Source: Candidatus Binatia bacterium (GTDB taxonomy: Bacteria; Desulfobacterota; Binatia; UBA9968; JAJDTQ01). From it: a DNA stretch of 64,000 nucleotides. This document shows positions 47,396 to 57,755 of the stretch, one piece after another (the stretch's first letter is position 1; the number at the start of each line of letters is the position of its first letter). The position numbers and the translations under genes were made by a program. Location of the stretch: assembly GCA_963666515.2 (NCBI GenBank), contig OY762897.2, positions 128,001 through 192,000 on the forward strand, read 5' to 3'. A model generated the notes under the pieces. The model had not been told where the DNA came from. It ran no database searches and was given only the letters and a program-made list of their open reading frames with translations.

Positions 47396-47917
47396 ATGGC
47401 GGATTTCACCGTAGCGCAGTTCAGGGACGTATCCGGCGGCCTGCAGGAGGGCCAGTTTGCCATCGGCGAACGGAGCAAGGCCGCGAGCCTGGAGGACCTG
47501 GACCCTACCTACAAGCAGTTGCTGGACATGCCGATAACGGTCACGCTGGGTCTCACGGGTCCGGACGGGCGGGTGAATCTCACGCCCATGTGGTTCGACT
47601 ACGATGGCGACAAGGTGCTGGTGAACACGGCCTCGCACCGGGCCAAGTGCGGCTGGATCCGCAAGAACCCGCGCCTCACCATGCTGCTGGTGAATCCCCA
47701 GAACCCGTACCACTGGATGAGCATCAAGGCCACGGTGGTGAACGAGATTCGGGAGGGCGAGCCCGGCGGCGAAAGGGCCGCCGAGCACATCGATAAGATG
47801 TGGACCAAGTACACCGGCCAGGAGCCGCCCTACGGCCTCAGGGATCCCATCATCGACGAGAAGCGCGTGTTGTTCGAGTGCCGGGTGGACCGGGTGGCCA
47901 CGTTCGGAACACCGTGA
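47396..47917 (+). CDS. Pyridoxamine 5'-phosphate oxidase (PPOX/F420-dependent-like) family protein
   Basis: GPDGRVNLTPMWFD, VNTASHRAK and NPRLTML..PQNPY. Confidence 0.8.
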   Translation: MADFTVAQFRDVSGGLQEGQFAIGERSKAASLEDLDPTYKQLLDMPITVTLGLTGPDGRVNLTPMWFDYDGDKVLVNTASHRAKCGWIRKNPRLTMLLVNPQNPYHWMSIKATVVNEIREGEPGGERAAEHIDKMWTKYTGQEPPYGLRDPIIDEKRVLFECRVDRVATFGTP

Positions 47918-48004
47918 TCGTCGCGGTTTGAAAGAAGCAAGACCGATGGTCCCGGGCCCGACCCCATCGGGCCCACTCCACGAACCCGAAAGGAGCGTGT
48001 CACG

Positions 48005-49078
48005 ATGCATTTCACCGTAGTGCAAAAGAGATTGGCATGGGCCGTGGTGCTGGGCGGGCTGCTGGTGCTGACGACGCTGGCCGGGTCGGCGTCCGCGGCC
48101 GACAAGCCCTTCTACTCGGGCAAGACCATCAGGGTGATCGTGCCCTTCAGTCCCGGCGGGGGCACGGACAACTACGCGCGTTTCGCCTCCAGGCATTGGG
48201 TCAAGTACATTCCGGGCAATCCCAAAATCCTGGTGCAGAACATGCCGGGCGGCGGCGGCGCGCTGACCTTCGGCTACCTCTACTCCAAGGCGTCCAGGGA
48301 TGGCCTGACGCTTGGGGTGGCCTCCGAAGGGATTCCGGTCCGCCGCCTCTTGCGGCGCCCCGGCCACACGTACAAGTTCACCGAGATGTCGCTCATCGCC
48401 TCGGCCCCCAGCTCCACCACCCACTTCGCCGGCAAGAGTCTGGACATCAAGGAACTCAAGGACCTCAAGAAGACCAGCGGAAAGATCGTCGCCGGAGACA
48501 CGCAGAAGGGATCCACCGTGGCCATCGTCTCCGGCCTGATCTTCGAGCTTCTGGGGCTCGAGTACCGTCAGGTCTATGGCTACAGCAGCTACGGCGAGGC
48601 GCGGCTGGCGCTGCTCAAGGGCGAGGTCAACATGACTGGCGGGGACGCGTTCAACTACGCGCTGGTGGTGAAGCCGCTGGAGGAGAAGGGTGAGGTCACC
48701 ATCCTCTTTCAGTCCGGGCTCCTGGACAGCAAGGGGAACGTAGCTCGGCATCCCGCGATGCCGCACCTGCGCACCGTCCGGGAAGGCTTCGTGGAGTTGT
48801 TCGGCAAGGAGCCGTCCGGGACCGTCTGGGAAGCCATCAAGGGGATCATCGCCGTGAATACCTTGGGCAAGTCCGTCTGGGCTCCTCCCGGCGTGCCCGA
48901 GGCCCGGATACGCGACCTTGAGGACGGGTTCCGCAAGATGGTCGCCGACCCGGCGTTCCAGGCGGATGCGGTGAAGGTGATGGGCGGCAAGAACGACGCC
49001 GTCATCGGCAAGGACGCTCAAGCGGCGCTGAAGCAGTTCTTCGGCCTGCCGGAGGACGTGGTCAAGCTGTATCGTTGA
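48005..49078 (+). CDS. tctC: Tripartite tricarboxylate transporter substrate-binding protein
   Basis: Signal peptide, FYSGKTI..IVPFSPGGGTD and VQNMPGGGG. Confidence 0.9.
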   Translation: MHFTVVQKRLAWAVVLGGLLVLTTLAGSASAADKPFYSGKTIRVIVPFSPGGGTDNYARFASRHWVKYIPGNPKILVQNMPGGGGALTFGYLYSKASRDGLTLGVASEGIPVRRLLRRPGHTYKFTEMSLIASAPSSTTHFAGKSLDIKELKDLKKTSGKIVAGDTQKGSTVAIVSGLIFELLGLEYRQVYGYSSYGEARLALLKGEVNMTGGDAFNYALVVKPLEEKGEVTILFQSGLLDSKGNVARHPAMPHLRTVREGFVELFGKEPSGTVWEAIKGIIAVNTLGKSVWAPPGVPEARIRDLEDGFRKMVADPAFQADAVKVMGGKNDAVIGKDAQAALKQFFGLPEDVVKLYR

Positions 49079-49142
49079 AAGGTGGCGGCTCGGTTTGAAG
49101 CCTCGTTCAACCGAGCCGCTACCCGCTGAATCGACGCGGGGC

Positions 49143-50654
49143 ATGCTTGAATCGCTGCTGACCGCCCTGGGGGTGATCTTCTCCCCCTACCATCTTCTGC
49201 TCCTGTTCCTCGGCGTGCTTCTGGGCATCCTCCTCGGGGCGGTCCCGGGTCTGGGCGGCATCGTCGGCCTCACCATCGTGCTGCCCTTCGTCTTCGAGAT
49301 GTCGCCCTCCGAGGCCATGGTCCTGCTGGTGGGCCTGGTGGCGGTGGTGACCTCTTCCGACAGCATTCCCGCGGTGCTGTTCGCGGTCCCGGGCACCGCC
49401 GCGGCCCAGGCCACCATCATGGACGGCCATCCCATGGCCAAGAAGGGTGAGGCGGGCCGGGCCTTCGGCGCCATCTACAGCGCTTCCATGATGGGCGGCG
49501 TCTTCGGCGCGCTGGCGCTGCTCCTGGCCATCCCCATCATGCGTCCGCTGGTGCTCTCGGTGGGTTCCCCCGAGCTGTTCATGCTGGGGATCGTGGGCAT
49601 CTCCATGGTCGGCGTGCTGAGCGGCCGGGCGCCGCTCCAGGGGCTCATCGCCGGCATGGCTGGCGTGCTCGCCAGCATGGTGGGAATGGATCCGCAGACC
49701 GGGGTGCTGCGCTGGACCTTCGGGGCCCTCTATCTCTGGGAAGGCCTTCCCCTGGTGCCCGCGGTCATGGGCGTGTTCGGCATTCCCGAGATCGTCGAGA
49801 TGGTGATTCGCCGCAGGAGCATCGCCGACGTTCCCCGTCACGCCATCAAGGGTATTCTCGTCGGCATCGGCGACACCTTCCGCCACTGGTTCCTGGTGCT
49901 CCGGTGCAGCGTCCTCGGCACCTGGATCGGCCTGATACCGGGGCTCGGCTCGGACGTGGTGGACTGGTTCGCATACGGCCACACCGTGCAGTCGTCACGT
50001 CCTCGCGAGAGCTTCGGCAAGGGCGACGTCCGCGGGGTCATCGGCCCCGAGAGCGCGGCCAACGCCAAGCTCGGGGGCTCGCTCATCCCCACCATCGCCT
50101 TCGGGATTCCGGGAAGCCTGCAGATGATCATCCTGCTGGGCGCCTTCATGATCCTGGGTCTGAGACCTGGCCCGGAGATGCTTACCGACAACCTGGATGT
50201 GACCTTCACCATCGTCTGGAGCCTGGTGCTGGCCAACGTGTTCGGGACGCTGATCCTGCTTCCCCTCACCGGCCAACTGGCGAAGCTCGCCCTGGTGCGC
50301 ATCCAGGTTCTCGCCCCGGTGATCATCAGCATCCTGTTCCTGGCTTCGTTCCTCACCACCCGCGACTACGGCGACCTCATCGTGCTCATCGGTTTCGGCC
50401 TGTTCGCCTGGGTCATGAAGCTGGCGGGTTGGCCGCGCCCCCCGCTGGTTCTCGGTCTGGTGCTCGGTCCCATCATCGGCAAGTACCTGTTCATCTCGAC
50501 CCACGCCTACAACGGCTTCGGCTGGCTTGCCCGGCCCGGAGTGATATTGCTGTTCCTGGCCATGGTCGCGAGCGTCGCCTTCGGGCTGGTGCGGGAAAGG
50601 CGGGGCGAAACGGCCCCTGAAGGAAGCGTTGCCGGAGGACCCCATGAAGCCTAG
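49143..50654 (+). CDS. tctA: Tripartite tricarboxylate transporter large permease
   Basis: GAVPGLGG, VPGTAAAQAT..DGHPMAKKG, GPESAANA and PTIAFGIPG. Confidence 0.92.
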   Translation: MLESLLTALGVIFSPYHLLLLFLGVLLGILLGAVPGLGGIVGLTIVLPFVFEMSPSEAMVLLVGLVAVVTSSDSIPAVLFAVPGTAAAQATIMDGHPMAKKGEAGRAFGAIYSASMMGGVFGALALLLAIPIMRPLVLSVGSPELFMLGIVGISMVGVLSGRAPLQGLIAGMAGVLASMVGMDPQTGVLRWTFGALYLWEGLPLVPAVMGVFGIPEIVEMVIRRRSIADVPRHAIKGILVGIGDTFRHWFLVLRCSVLGTWIGLIPGLGSDVVDWFAYGHTVQSSRPRESFGKGDVRGVIGPESAANAKLGGSLIPTIAFGIPGSLQMIILLGAFMILGLRPGPEMLTDNLDVTFTIVWSLVLANVFGTLILLPLTGQLAKLALVRIQVLAPVIISILFLASFLTTRDYGDLIVLIGFGLFAWVMKLAGWPRPPLVLGLVLGPIIGKYLFISTHAYNGFGWLARPGVILLFLAMVASVAFGLVRERRGETAPEGSVAGGPHEA

Positions 50655-51132
50655 TGTCGGCCGGGGGCTGAACCTGTTCATGGCGGGGCTGTTCGTTGCC
50701 GCCATCCTTTCCGCCACCGAGTGGCCGGTGCACAGCCGCGCGTTCGTGATGGCCATCGCGTTCCCAGGGCTGCTCCTGACGGTGGTGCTGTTTGTCCGCC
50801 AGCGCTGGTGGCCAGGTACGGAAGCGACGGCGGCCTCTCCGGGCCTTGGCGACACGCCGTTGGATGCCGACCTGCCCCCCGCCCTGGCGCGCCGGCGCAT
50901 GGTGAACGTCTTCGGGTGGATTTTCGCCTTGTTCGGGCTGATCTGGCTTGCGGGCTTCGAGATCGCGGTGCCGCTCTTCACCTTCGGCTACCTGAGGTTT
51001 CAGGCGCGGGAAAGCCTCGTCGTGTCGGGATTGGCCGCGGTGGTCATGGTTGCGTTGATCGTCGGGGTCTTCAACTGGATCCTGCACGTGCTCTGGCCGC
51101 AGGGAATGCTGCAAGGCTGGCTCGGGCTGTGA
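50644..51132 (+). CDS. tctB: Tripartite tricarboxylate transporter small subunit
   Basis: Four to five hydrophobic helices, C-terminal LHVLWPQG, overlaps tctA. Confidence 0.8.
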   Translation: MKPSVGRGLNLFMAGLFVAAILSATEWPVHSRAFVMAIAFPGLLLTVVLFVRQRWWPGTEATAASPGLGDTPLDADLPPALARRRMVNVFGWIFALFGLIWLAGFEIAVPLFTFGYLRFQARESLVVSGLAAVVMVALIVGVFNWILHVLWPQGMLQGWLGL

Positions 51133-51178
51133 GGCGCGGTTCCGCACCCGCCGCTGACCGATGGATGGCCGCTCTTGA

Positions 51179-54067
51179 TTATTCCCGCGGCGGGAACTCG
51201 AAGGTGACCTTGCCGGCGTCGTCGGTCGTGAGCCAGGCGGCGAAGGACCGGCCGGACTTGGACGAGACGAAGTTCGGCAGGAGATCGGTCTTGCCCTCGG
51301 CCAGGAGTTTGGCCATCTGGGCGCGCTCCAGGGGCTGCTCCAGGATCACCTTGCCGGCCTTGAAGCGGCACGGTTTCTTCTCCGCCTGGAACTTCTCGCA
51401 CACGTACTGCGAGTTCCACTCGAATACCCGGCCGCCGCAACGGGGGCACTGGCCCAGGGGCTCCTGGCCCGAGAAGTCCGCCTTGACCGCGGCTGGCTTG
51501 TCGCGGGCGGCCGCGGCGTTCTTCCTCGCGGGCCGCGGCTCGAACTCGAACCCGACTTTGCCTTCCTGCATCACCAGGAAGGCCTTGAACGAACGGCCGG
51601 TACGCGACGACACGAAGCCCGGCAACAGGTCGGTCTTGCCTTCCGCGAGCAGTTTCACCATCTGCTCCCGCGCCACTTCCTGCCGCAGGATGATCCTGCC
51701 GGAGCTGAACTCGCACATCCGTGCGTCGCCCACGGCGTTCTCGCAGACGTAGCGCATGGGCAGCTCGAACACGCGCCCGGCGCACCGGGGGCACTGCCCC
51801 AGCGGTTCCTGGCCGTCGAAGTTAGCGGCCGGCTCGGCTTCGCCGTCGCCGTTCCGGGGCTCGTTGCCGAAGTCGAAGGCGATCCGGTATTCCGGGGACA
51901 GCTTCAGCACCGCGGCGAACGGCCGTCCCTGGCGGCTGCGGAATCCCTGCAACGGACCGAGTTGGCCGTCTTCTATTAGCTTCTCGATCTCCTCCGCGCT
52001 CAGCAGGCGTCCGGCGAGGATCTTGGGCAGGCTCACGTCGCAGTTCACGCACTGGTAGTTACGGTAGCGTTCATGCACCTCGCCCCCGCACTTGGGGCAC
52101 GGCGCGGAGAGGGAGCCGAAGTCGCCGGGAATGGTGTCGTGCTCGTACTGCCGCGCCCGGTCCACGATTTGCCGGGTCATCTCGGCGATCTCGCCCATGA
52201 ACTCGTCGCGGCTCTTCCGGCCGCCCTGCATCTGGAAGAGCTGGTACTCCCAGTTGCCGGTAAGCTCGGGCCTGGTCAGTTCCCGGACGCCCAGGCCGTT
52301 CAGCAGCTCCATGAGCATGAACGCCTTGGAAGTGGCGTGAAGCTCCTTGCCGTCGCGGATGAGATAGTCCTCGTCCAGGAGCCCCTCGATGATGGACGCC
52401 CGGGTGGCGGAGGTGCCGAGCCCCTTGCCAGCCATGGCCGCCCGCAGGTCCTCGTCGGTGACGAGCTTGCCGGCGCCTTCCATGGCGCCCAGGAGCGTGG
52501 CCTCGGTGAACCGCGCCGGCGGCCGGGTCTCGTTCTGCTTGACCTCGACGCCGAGGGTCTCGACCGCTACGCCGCCGTCGTCGACCCGCGCGCCGCGGTC
52601 GCCGGCCGTCGCCGCTGCGTCTCCGCCCGCGCCGGTCCCCGGGGCCGCCGCCGTGTCTTCGGCCGCCCGGGTTCGTAGCGGCGCCAGCGTCTCGTCGCCC
52701 TGCTTGTCCCGGCCGTGGACCTCCAGCCAGCCCGCCTTGACCAGGACCTTGCCGGTGGTCTTGAAGGGCTCGTCTTCCACCCGGGTGATGCGGGTGGTCT
52801 CCAGGAATTCGGCCGGCGGGTAGAAAATCGCCAGGAAGCGCCGGGCCACCAGGTCGTAGATCTTCTGCTCGATCTCGCTCAGCCGCCTGGGCGCCTCGGT
52901 GGTGGGGATGATTGCGAAGTGGTCCGACACCTTGGCGTCGTTGAATATCCGCTTGTTGGGCGTGACCCAGCCGTTCTCCAGGATGGCGCCGGCGAACCGT
53001 GCGTAGTCCGTGCCCGTGAGCATCCGCATCGAGTCCTTGACCGTGTTCACGTAGTCTTCCGGCAGCGCCCGCGAATCCGTGCGGGGGTAGGTGAGGACCT
53101 TGTGGCGCTCGTACAGCGCCTGGGCGATCTGCACGGTGCGGTTGGCGCTCAGCCCGAAGCGGGCGTTGGCCTCCCGCTGAAGGCTCGTGAGGTCGAACAG
53201 CGGCGGCGGCGCCTGCCGGGTGGGCTTGCTCTCCTCCGTGGCGCTACCGGGCTTGCCCAGGCATTTCTCGCGGATGGCCTGGGCCGCGGCCTGCTCCCAG
53301 ATGCGTTCGGCGCGGGCGTGGGGTTCGCTGTCCTTCTTCTTGAACCCCTCGTCGAACCAGCGCCCCTCGTACTCGCCGCCCTCGGCCGCGAACCTGGCCG
53401 TCACCTCCCAGTAGGGCTCGGGCTTGAAGTCCCGGATGGCCGCCTCGCGCTCCGCCACGATGGCCAGGGTGGGCGTCTGCACCCGGCCCACGGTGGTCTT
53501 GTAGAAGCCGCCGGGCTTGGAGTTGAACGCGGTCATGGCGCGGGTGCCGTTGATGCCCACCAGCCAGTCGGCCTCGGAGCGGCTCAGCGCGGCGTCCGCC
53601 AGCGGCTGCATCTCGTCGTCCTCGCGGAGCCTCACGAAGCCGTCGCGGATGGCGTCGGGGGTCATGGACTGGAGCCACAGCCGCTTGATGGGCTGCTTGG
53701 CCTTGGCGTGGCGCACGATGTTGCGGAAGATCAGCTCGCCCTCCCGCCCGGCGTCGCAGGCGTTCACCAGCGCGTCCACGTCCTTGCGCTTGATCAGCTT
53801 GACCAGCGCCTTGAGCCGGGTGGCGGTCTTCTGGATGGGCTTGAGGTCGAAGTAGGGCGGTATCACCGGCAGGTTGGCGAAGCTCCACTTGCCGCGCTTG
53901 GCCTCCACTCCCTCCGGCGGGGTCTGCTCCAGCAGGTGCCCCACCGCGGACGACAGCACGTACTCGTCGCTCTCGTAGTAGTCCTGGTGCCGCTTGAAGC
54001 CGCCCAGGGCCCTGGCCACGTCCGCAGCCACGGACGGCTTCTCCGCGATGATCAGCGCCTTACCCAT
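51179..54067 (-). CDS. topB: DNA topoisomerase III
   Basis: IIAEKPSVA, NACDAGREGELIF, GRVQTPTL, catalytic LTYPRTDS, Zn ribbons and C-terminal repeats. Confidence 0.95.
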   Translation of the reverse strand: MGKALIIAEKPSVAADVARALGGFKRHQDYYESDEYVLSSAVGHLLEQTPPEGVEAKRGKWSFANLPVIPPYFDLKPIQKTATRLKALVKLIKRKDVDALVNACDAGREGELIFRNIVRHAKAKQPIKRLWLQSMTPDAIRDGFVRLREDDEMQPLADAALSRSEADWLVGINGTRAMTAFNSKPGGFYKTTVGRVQTPTLAIVAEREAAIRDFKPEPYWEVTARFAAEGGEYEGRWFDEGFKKKDSEPHARAERIWEQAAAQAIREKCLGKPGSATEESKPTRQAPPPLFDLTSLQREANARFGLSANRTVQIAQALYERHKVLTYPRTDSRALPEDYVNTVKDSMRMLTGTDYARFAGAILENGWVTPNKRIFNDAKVSDHFAIIPTTEAPRRLSEIEQKIYDLVARRFLAIFYPPAEFLETTRITRVEDEPFKTTGKVLVKAGWLEVHGRDKQGDETLAPLRTRAAEDTAAAPGTGAGGDAAATAGDRGARVDDGGVAVETLGVEVKQNETRPPARFTEATLLGAMEGAGKLVTDEDLRAAMAGKGLGTSATRASIIEGLLDEDYLIRDGKELHATSKAFMLMELLNGLGVRELTRPELTGNWEYQLFQMQGGRKSRDEFMGEIAEMTRQIVDRARQYEHDTIPGDFGSLSAPCPKCGGEVHERYRNYQCVNCDVSLPKILAGRLLSAEEIEKLIEDGQLGPLQGFRSRQGRPFAAVLKLSPEYRIAFDFGNEPRNGDGEAEPAANFDGQEPLGQCPRCAGRVFELPMRYVCENAVGDARMCEFSSGRIILRQEVAREQMVKLLAEGKTDLLPGFVSSRTGRSFKAFLVMQEGKVGFEFEPRPARKNAAAARDKPAAVKADFSGQEPLGQCPRCGGRVFEWNSQYVCEKFQAEKKPCRFKAGKVILEQPLERAQMAKLLAEGKTDLLPNFVSSKSGRSFAAWLTTDDAGKVTFEFPPRE

Positions 54068-54292
54068 TGTTGATGTCTCGACCCGGAGGAACCCCGCAAG
54101 GCCATGGCCTCAGTTCCTTCCGAGCGTGCAGCGTGAGCGTTTGAACAGTGCATATGTCCAAATTGAGGATACCTGTCAAGACGGCGGGGGCAAGCCGTTA
54201 GCGGTGAGGGATGAATACGTGTAATAAGTTGACCGTTGTCTCACGCCTTACCGGAAGGCTGATTCCCCGCCCCTTCAAGGAGGATCGAACCC

Positions 54293-55120
54293 ATGCCCAA
54301 CGTGAAGCTTGCCACCGGCGTCGACCTTTATTACGAGACCCACGGACAGGGCGAGGCCCTGGTCTTCGTGCCCTCCACCGCCTATTCGGGCGAGGTCTGG
54401 AAGCCCTCGCAGATGCCGCTGGCCGACGATTTGAACCTCATCTTTCATGACCCCCGCGGTTGCGGGCGCTCGGTGGCCCAGCAGAGCGTCTACACCATCG
54501 AGCTGATGGCCATGGACATCGTGGCGCTGATGGACCACATCGGCTGCCCGTCGGCCCACTTCATCGGCCACTCCATGGGCGGGCGCATCGCGCTGTCGCT
54601 GGCGCAGAACTTCCCCGGCCGGATCAAGAGCCTGATCATGGCGGCCGCGGGATCGGGCACCGCGGGCCGGGCCGGGCCGGACTGCGTTCCGGGCCTGCCG
54701 CACCAGCTCGTCTACGAACTGGTGGAGATGGGCTTCGAGAAGTTCGTGCGCGAAGAGATCGTCGACTCCGACACCTTCTTCACCGCGGACTACCGGGCCA
54801 GTCACCGCGCCGAGGTGGAGGAATTCTTCAAGCTGGCTTGGGAGACCCACGCCAAGCTGCCGGAGTTCGTCCACCTGGTCATGGCGCGCCACAGCTTCGA
54901 GGGCACCCACCGTCTCCAGGACGTCAAGTGTCCGACCATGGTGCTGATCGGCGACGGCGACACCGTGGGCAGCAACCACGTGGCCCAGGCCCAAGTGCTG
55001 GCCGACCGCATCCCCGGCGCCGAGTTGAAGGTGCTGGAAGGGCAGACCCACGGGTTCTTCTGGCAGGACCCGGACCTCACCAACGACGTGATCCTGTCCT
55101 GGGTGAAGCGCCACGCCTGA
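54293..55120 (+). CDS. Alpha/beta hydrolase
   Basis: DPRGCGRS, GHSMGG, IGDGD and QTH. Confidence 0.9.
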   Translation: MPNVKLATGVDLYYETHGQGEALVFVPSTAYSGEVWKPSQMPLADDLNLIFHDPRGCGRSVAQQSVYTIELMAMDIVALMDHIGCPSAHFIGHSMGGRIALSLAQNFPGRIKSLIMAAAGSGTAGRAGPDCVPGLPHQLVYELVEMGFEKFVREEIVDSDTFFTADYRASHRAEVEEFFKLAWETHAKLPEFVHLVMARHSFEGTHRLQDVKCPTMVLIGDGDTVGSNHVAQAQVLADRIPGAELKVLEGQTHGFFWQDPDLTNDVILSWVKRHA

Positions 55121-55177
55121 CGGCGCCGCGGGCCGCAAGCCGCCGGTAACGACTCCACCCCGGAACACCGAACCTTC

Positions 55178-56446
55178 ATGCCGGATCAGGCTAGGCCGAG
55201 TTTCTGGACGCGCACGTTCATCCTGCTGAGCGCGTCGCAGTTCCTGGCCTACGGGCATCACGCCGTCCTTACGCCCACCCTGCCCCTCTACCTGGACCAC
55301 CTGGGCAGCACGCCCTTCATGGTGGGGCTGCTGCTGGCCTGTTTCAGCGCCACCAGCGTGGTGATCCGGCCGCTGGTGGGCACCTGGGTGGACTCCGGGG
55401 GAGAAATCCGGATCCTCACCCTGAGCTGCATCGGCCTGTGCCTGACCGTGCTGATCTTCGTCGTCCCCAACGTCGAAGGCGCCTTCACGGCCAACATCCT
55501 GCGGGGGTTCTGTTGGGCCGGAATCAACACCAGCGGCTACGCGTTCCTGGCCGCGGTGGTGCCCGACGACCGGCGCGGCGAAGCCAGCGGCTACTACTCC
55601 GGCATCCAGAGCAGCGCCTCCCTGTTCTTTCCCCCGGCGGCGCTGTGGATCATAGGTCTTCCAGCCGGTGGCTACGTCGCGGTGTTCGCGCTGTCGAGCG
55701 CGGTGGCGCTCCTGGCCGCGGTCCTCGCCCAGGTATGCGGCAGGGGGGTCAGGCGGGCGCCCTCGTCCCTCTCCCCGCCGACGGTTCCGACTCCGCCGCC
55801 CGTCCCGAGCCCGCCTCCGCCCCGGGGCGGGACGCTGCGCGGCCGCTTCCGCGACAATTTGCGGACCTACTCCCGCACCTACTTCGACCGGGGAATTCTG
55901 TTCACGGCCCTGCTGCTCTTCTGCATGAACCTGCCGTGGTCGGGCCTCAACTCCTTCATCGTCCTCTACGCCCGGGAGGTGGGCATCGAGAGCCTCGGCT
56001 GGTATTTCGCGGCCATCGGACTGGCCAGCGTCGTGGGCCGGCCGCTTCTCGGCCGTGTATCTGACCGGATCGGCCGGGCGCCGGCGGTGGCGGCGTCGTA
56101 CGTGCTGGAGATCGCCGGCATCGCGCTGGTGTTGCTGGCCTCCGACATCACTCTGATGATGGTCGCCGGAGCGTTGTATTTCTTCGGCTATGCGCTGGGC
56201 GTCTCGACCACGCTGGCGCTGGCCATCGAGCGCGGCGACCCCAGGCGCCGGGGCGTCACCATGGCGACCTTCTCCATCGCTTTCCCGCTGGGTTCGGGGT
56301 TGGGATCGGCGCTCTCGGGCGGTGTCATCGCGCTGGCCGGCTATCGCGGCATGTACGTGAGCCTGATCGGCGTGCTGGCGACGGGGCTGCTGCTATCGCT
56401 GTTCAACCGGGCGGGCCTGACCACGCCGGTGCGCGGAGCGGCATGA
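55178..56446 (+). CDS. MFS transporter
   Basis: About 12 hydrophobic segments, GRVSDRIGR motif and a Pro-rich central loop. Confidence 0.88.
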   Translation: MPDQARPSFWTRTFILLSASQFLAYGHHAVLTPTLPLYLDHLGSTPFMVGLLLACFSATSVVIRPLVGTWVDSGGEIRILTLSCIGLCLTVLIFVVPNVEGAFTANILRGFCWAGINTSGYAFLAAVVPDDRRGEASGYYSGIQSSASLFFPPAALWIIGLPAGGYVAVFALSSAVALLAAVLAQVCGRGVRRAPSSLSPPTVPTPPPVPSPPPPRGGTLRGRFRDNLRTYSRTYFDRGILFTALLLFCMNLPWSGLNSFIVLYAREVGIESLGWYFAAIGLASVVGRPLLGRVSDRIGRAPAVAASYVLEIAGIALVLLASDITLMMVAGALYFFGYALGVSTTLALAIERGDPRRRGVTMATFSIAFPLGSGLGSALSGGVIALAGYRGMYVSLIGVLATGLLLSLFNRAGLTTPVRGAA

Positions 56447-56544
56447 GCGGAAGGCTTTTTTCATGGGGCGGGGGGTTGTGTTAGCCTGTCGGCTGGTTTA
56501 AGACGGCTATCTTTATGCAAACCAATCAGACGAAGGAGGTATTC

Positions 56545-57645
56545 ATGTTTGCAGAGGCGTTAAAGAGAAAGAGCGCGTCGCTTCGACTCTTCGGCGGACT
56601 GTTCGCCGGGGTGCTGGCGGTGTCGCTGCTGGTTCCCTCCGGCGCGTGGGCGCAGCGCTCCGACGCGGAGTTGAAGAAGCTCTTCGAGTCCAAGCCGGTG
56701 AACATCATCGTCGGCTCGGCGCCGGGCGGCGGCTACGACACGTTCTCCCGGCTGGTGGCCCGTTTCGTGGGCAAGTTTCTGCCGGGCAACCCGTCCTTCA
56801 TCGTCCGCAACGTTCCCGGAGCCGGTCAGCTTCGCGGCCTGCGCCGGGCCATGAAGGCCAAGCCCGACGGCATGACTCTGGGACTGCTTCACCCCCGGTT
56901 CGTCCAGCGCGAGCTGGCGGGCAAGGACGTGCCGGACTTCGACCTCAAGACCGTACGCGTGCTGGGAAGCCCCAGCGCGGGCGAGGTGCCGCGCATCTGG
57001 TGCGTTCGCCGCAGCATCGGCACCACCTACGCGGACCTGGTGAAGCGCGGCAAGCCCGTGACCAACGGCGGCAACGCTCCGGGCGCGGCCTTCGGCATCG
57101 GCCCCCAGTTCGTGCAGGAGATGGGCGGCCCGGTCAAGATGGTCTACGGCTACGGCGGCACCTCCGAGATCATGGCGGCCTTCGACCGGGACGAGGTGGA
57201 AGGCGTCGACCGTTGCGTGGAGGAGAACGTGCCCCGGCTGTTCCCGAAGTGGATCACCGACAAGAAGGTGGCGCCCATCTTCTGGTGGGAGAAGGAGCCC
57301 TCCAAGGACTGGATCGGCAAGCTCGGAGCCACCAAGGTGCCGCACCTGTTCGACGTGGTGAAGTCCACCGAGGAGCAGCAGAACGCCTTTCTCGTGGCTC
57401 AGAGGTTCAATACGTTCAGCCGGATTTACGTGCTTCAGCCCAAGGTGCCGGATGACATGTACAACGCGTGGAAGAAGGCTTTCGAGGCGACCACCAAGGA
57501 CGCCGGCTTCCTGAAGGCCGCGGGGGTGGCGGGCTACGAGGTCGCGCTCGGCACCGCGGAAGACTTCAACGATGGGCTCAAGCGCTACCAGTCGCTCACG
57601 CCGGACGGTGAGAAGCTCCTGAAGAGGCTGATGGGCATCAAATAG
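56545..57645 (+). CDS. tctC: Tripartite tricarboxylate transporter substrate-binding protein
   Basis: AGGAGGT RBS, signal peptide, IIVGSAPGGGYD and VRNVPGAG. Confidence 0.88.
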   Translation: MFAEALKRKSASLRLFGGLFAGVLAVSLLVPSGAWAQRSDAELKKLFESKPVNIIVGSAPGGGYDTFSRLVARFVGKFLPGNPSFIVRNVPGAGQLRGLRRAMKAKPDGMTLGLLHPRFVQRELAGKDVPDFDLKTVRVLGSPSAGEVPRIWCVRRSIGTTYADLVKRGKPVTNGGNAPGAAFGIGPQFVQEMGGPVKMVYGYGGTSEIMAAFDRDEVEGVDRCVEENVPRLFPKWITDKKVAPIFWWEKEPSKDWIGKLGATKVPHLFDVVKSTEEQQNAFLVAQRFNTFSRIYVLQPKVPDDMYNAWKKAFEATTKDAGFLKAAGVAGYEVALGTAEDFNDGLKRYQSLTPDGEKLLKRLMGIK

Positions 57646-57646
57646 G

Positions 57647-57673
57647 GTAGGGGCGACCGCCGGTCGCCCCTAC
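57647..57673. repeat. GTAG-type REP-like perfect palindrome
   Basis: GTAGGGGCGACCG-C-CGGTCGCCCCTAC immediately after the tctC stop. Confidence 0.7.
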
Positions 57674-57712
57674 GGGAGCCCGCCGTGGGTAGGCTCCCAA
57701 GGGTTCTAACGG

Positions 57713-57753
57713 GAAACGGCCATCCGTCATGGACGGATGGCCGTTTCATTTTT
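57713..57753 (+). terminator. Intrinsic terminator between convergent genes
   Basis: 16-bp stem GAAACGGCCATCCGTC/GACGGATGGCCGTTTC with a 3-nt loop, followed by ATTTTT. Confidence 0.8.
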
Positions 57754-57755
57754 CC

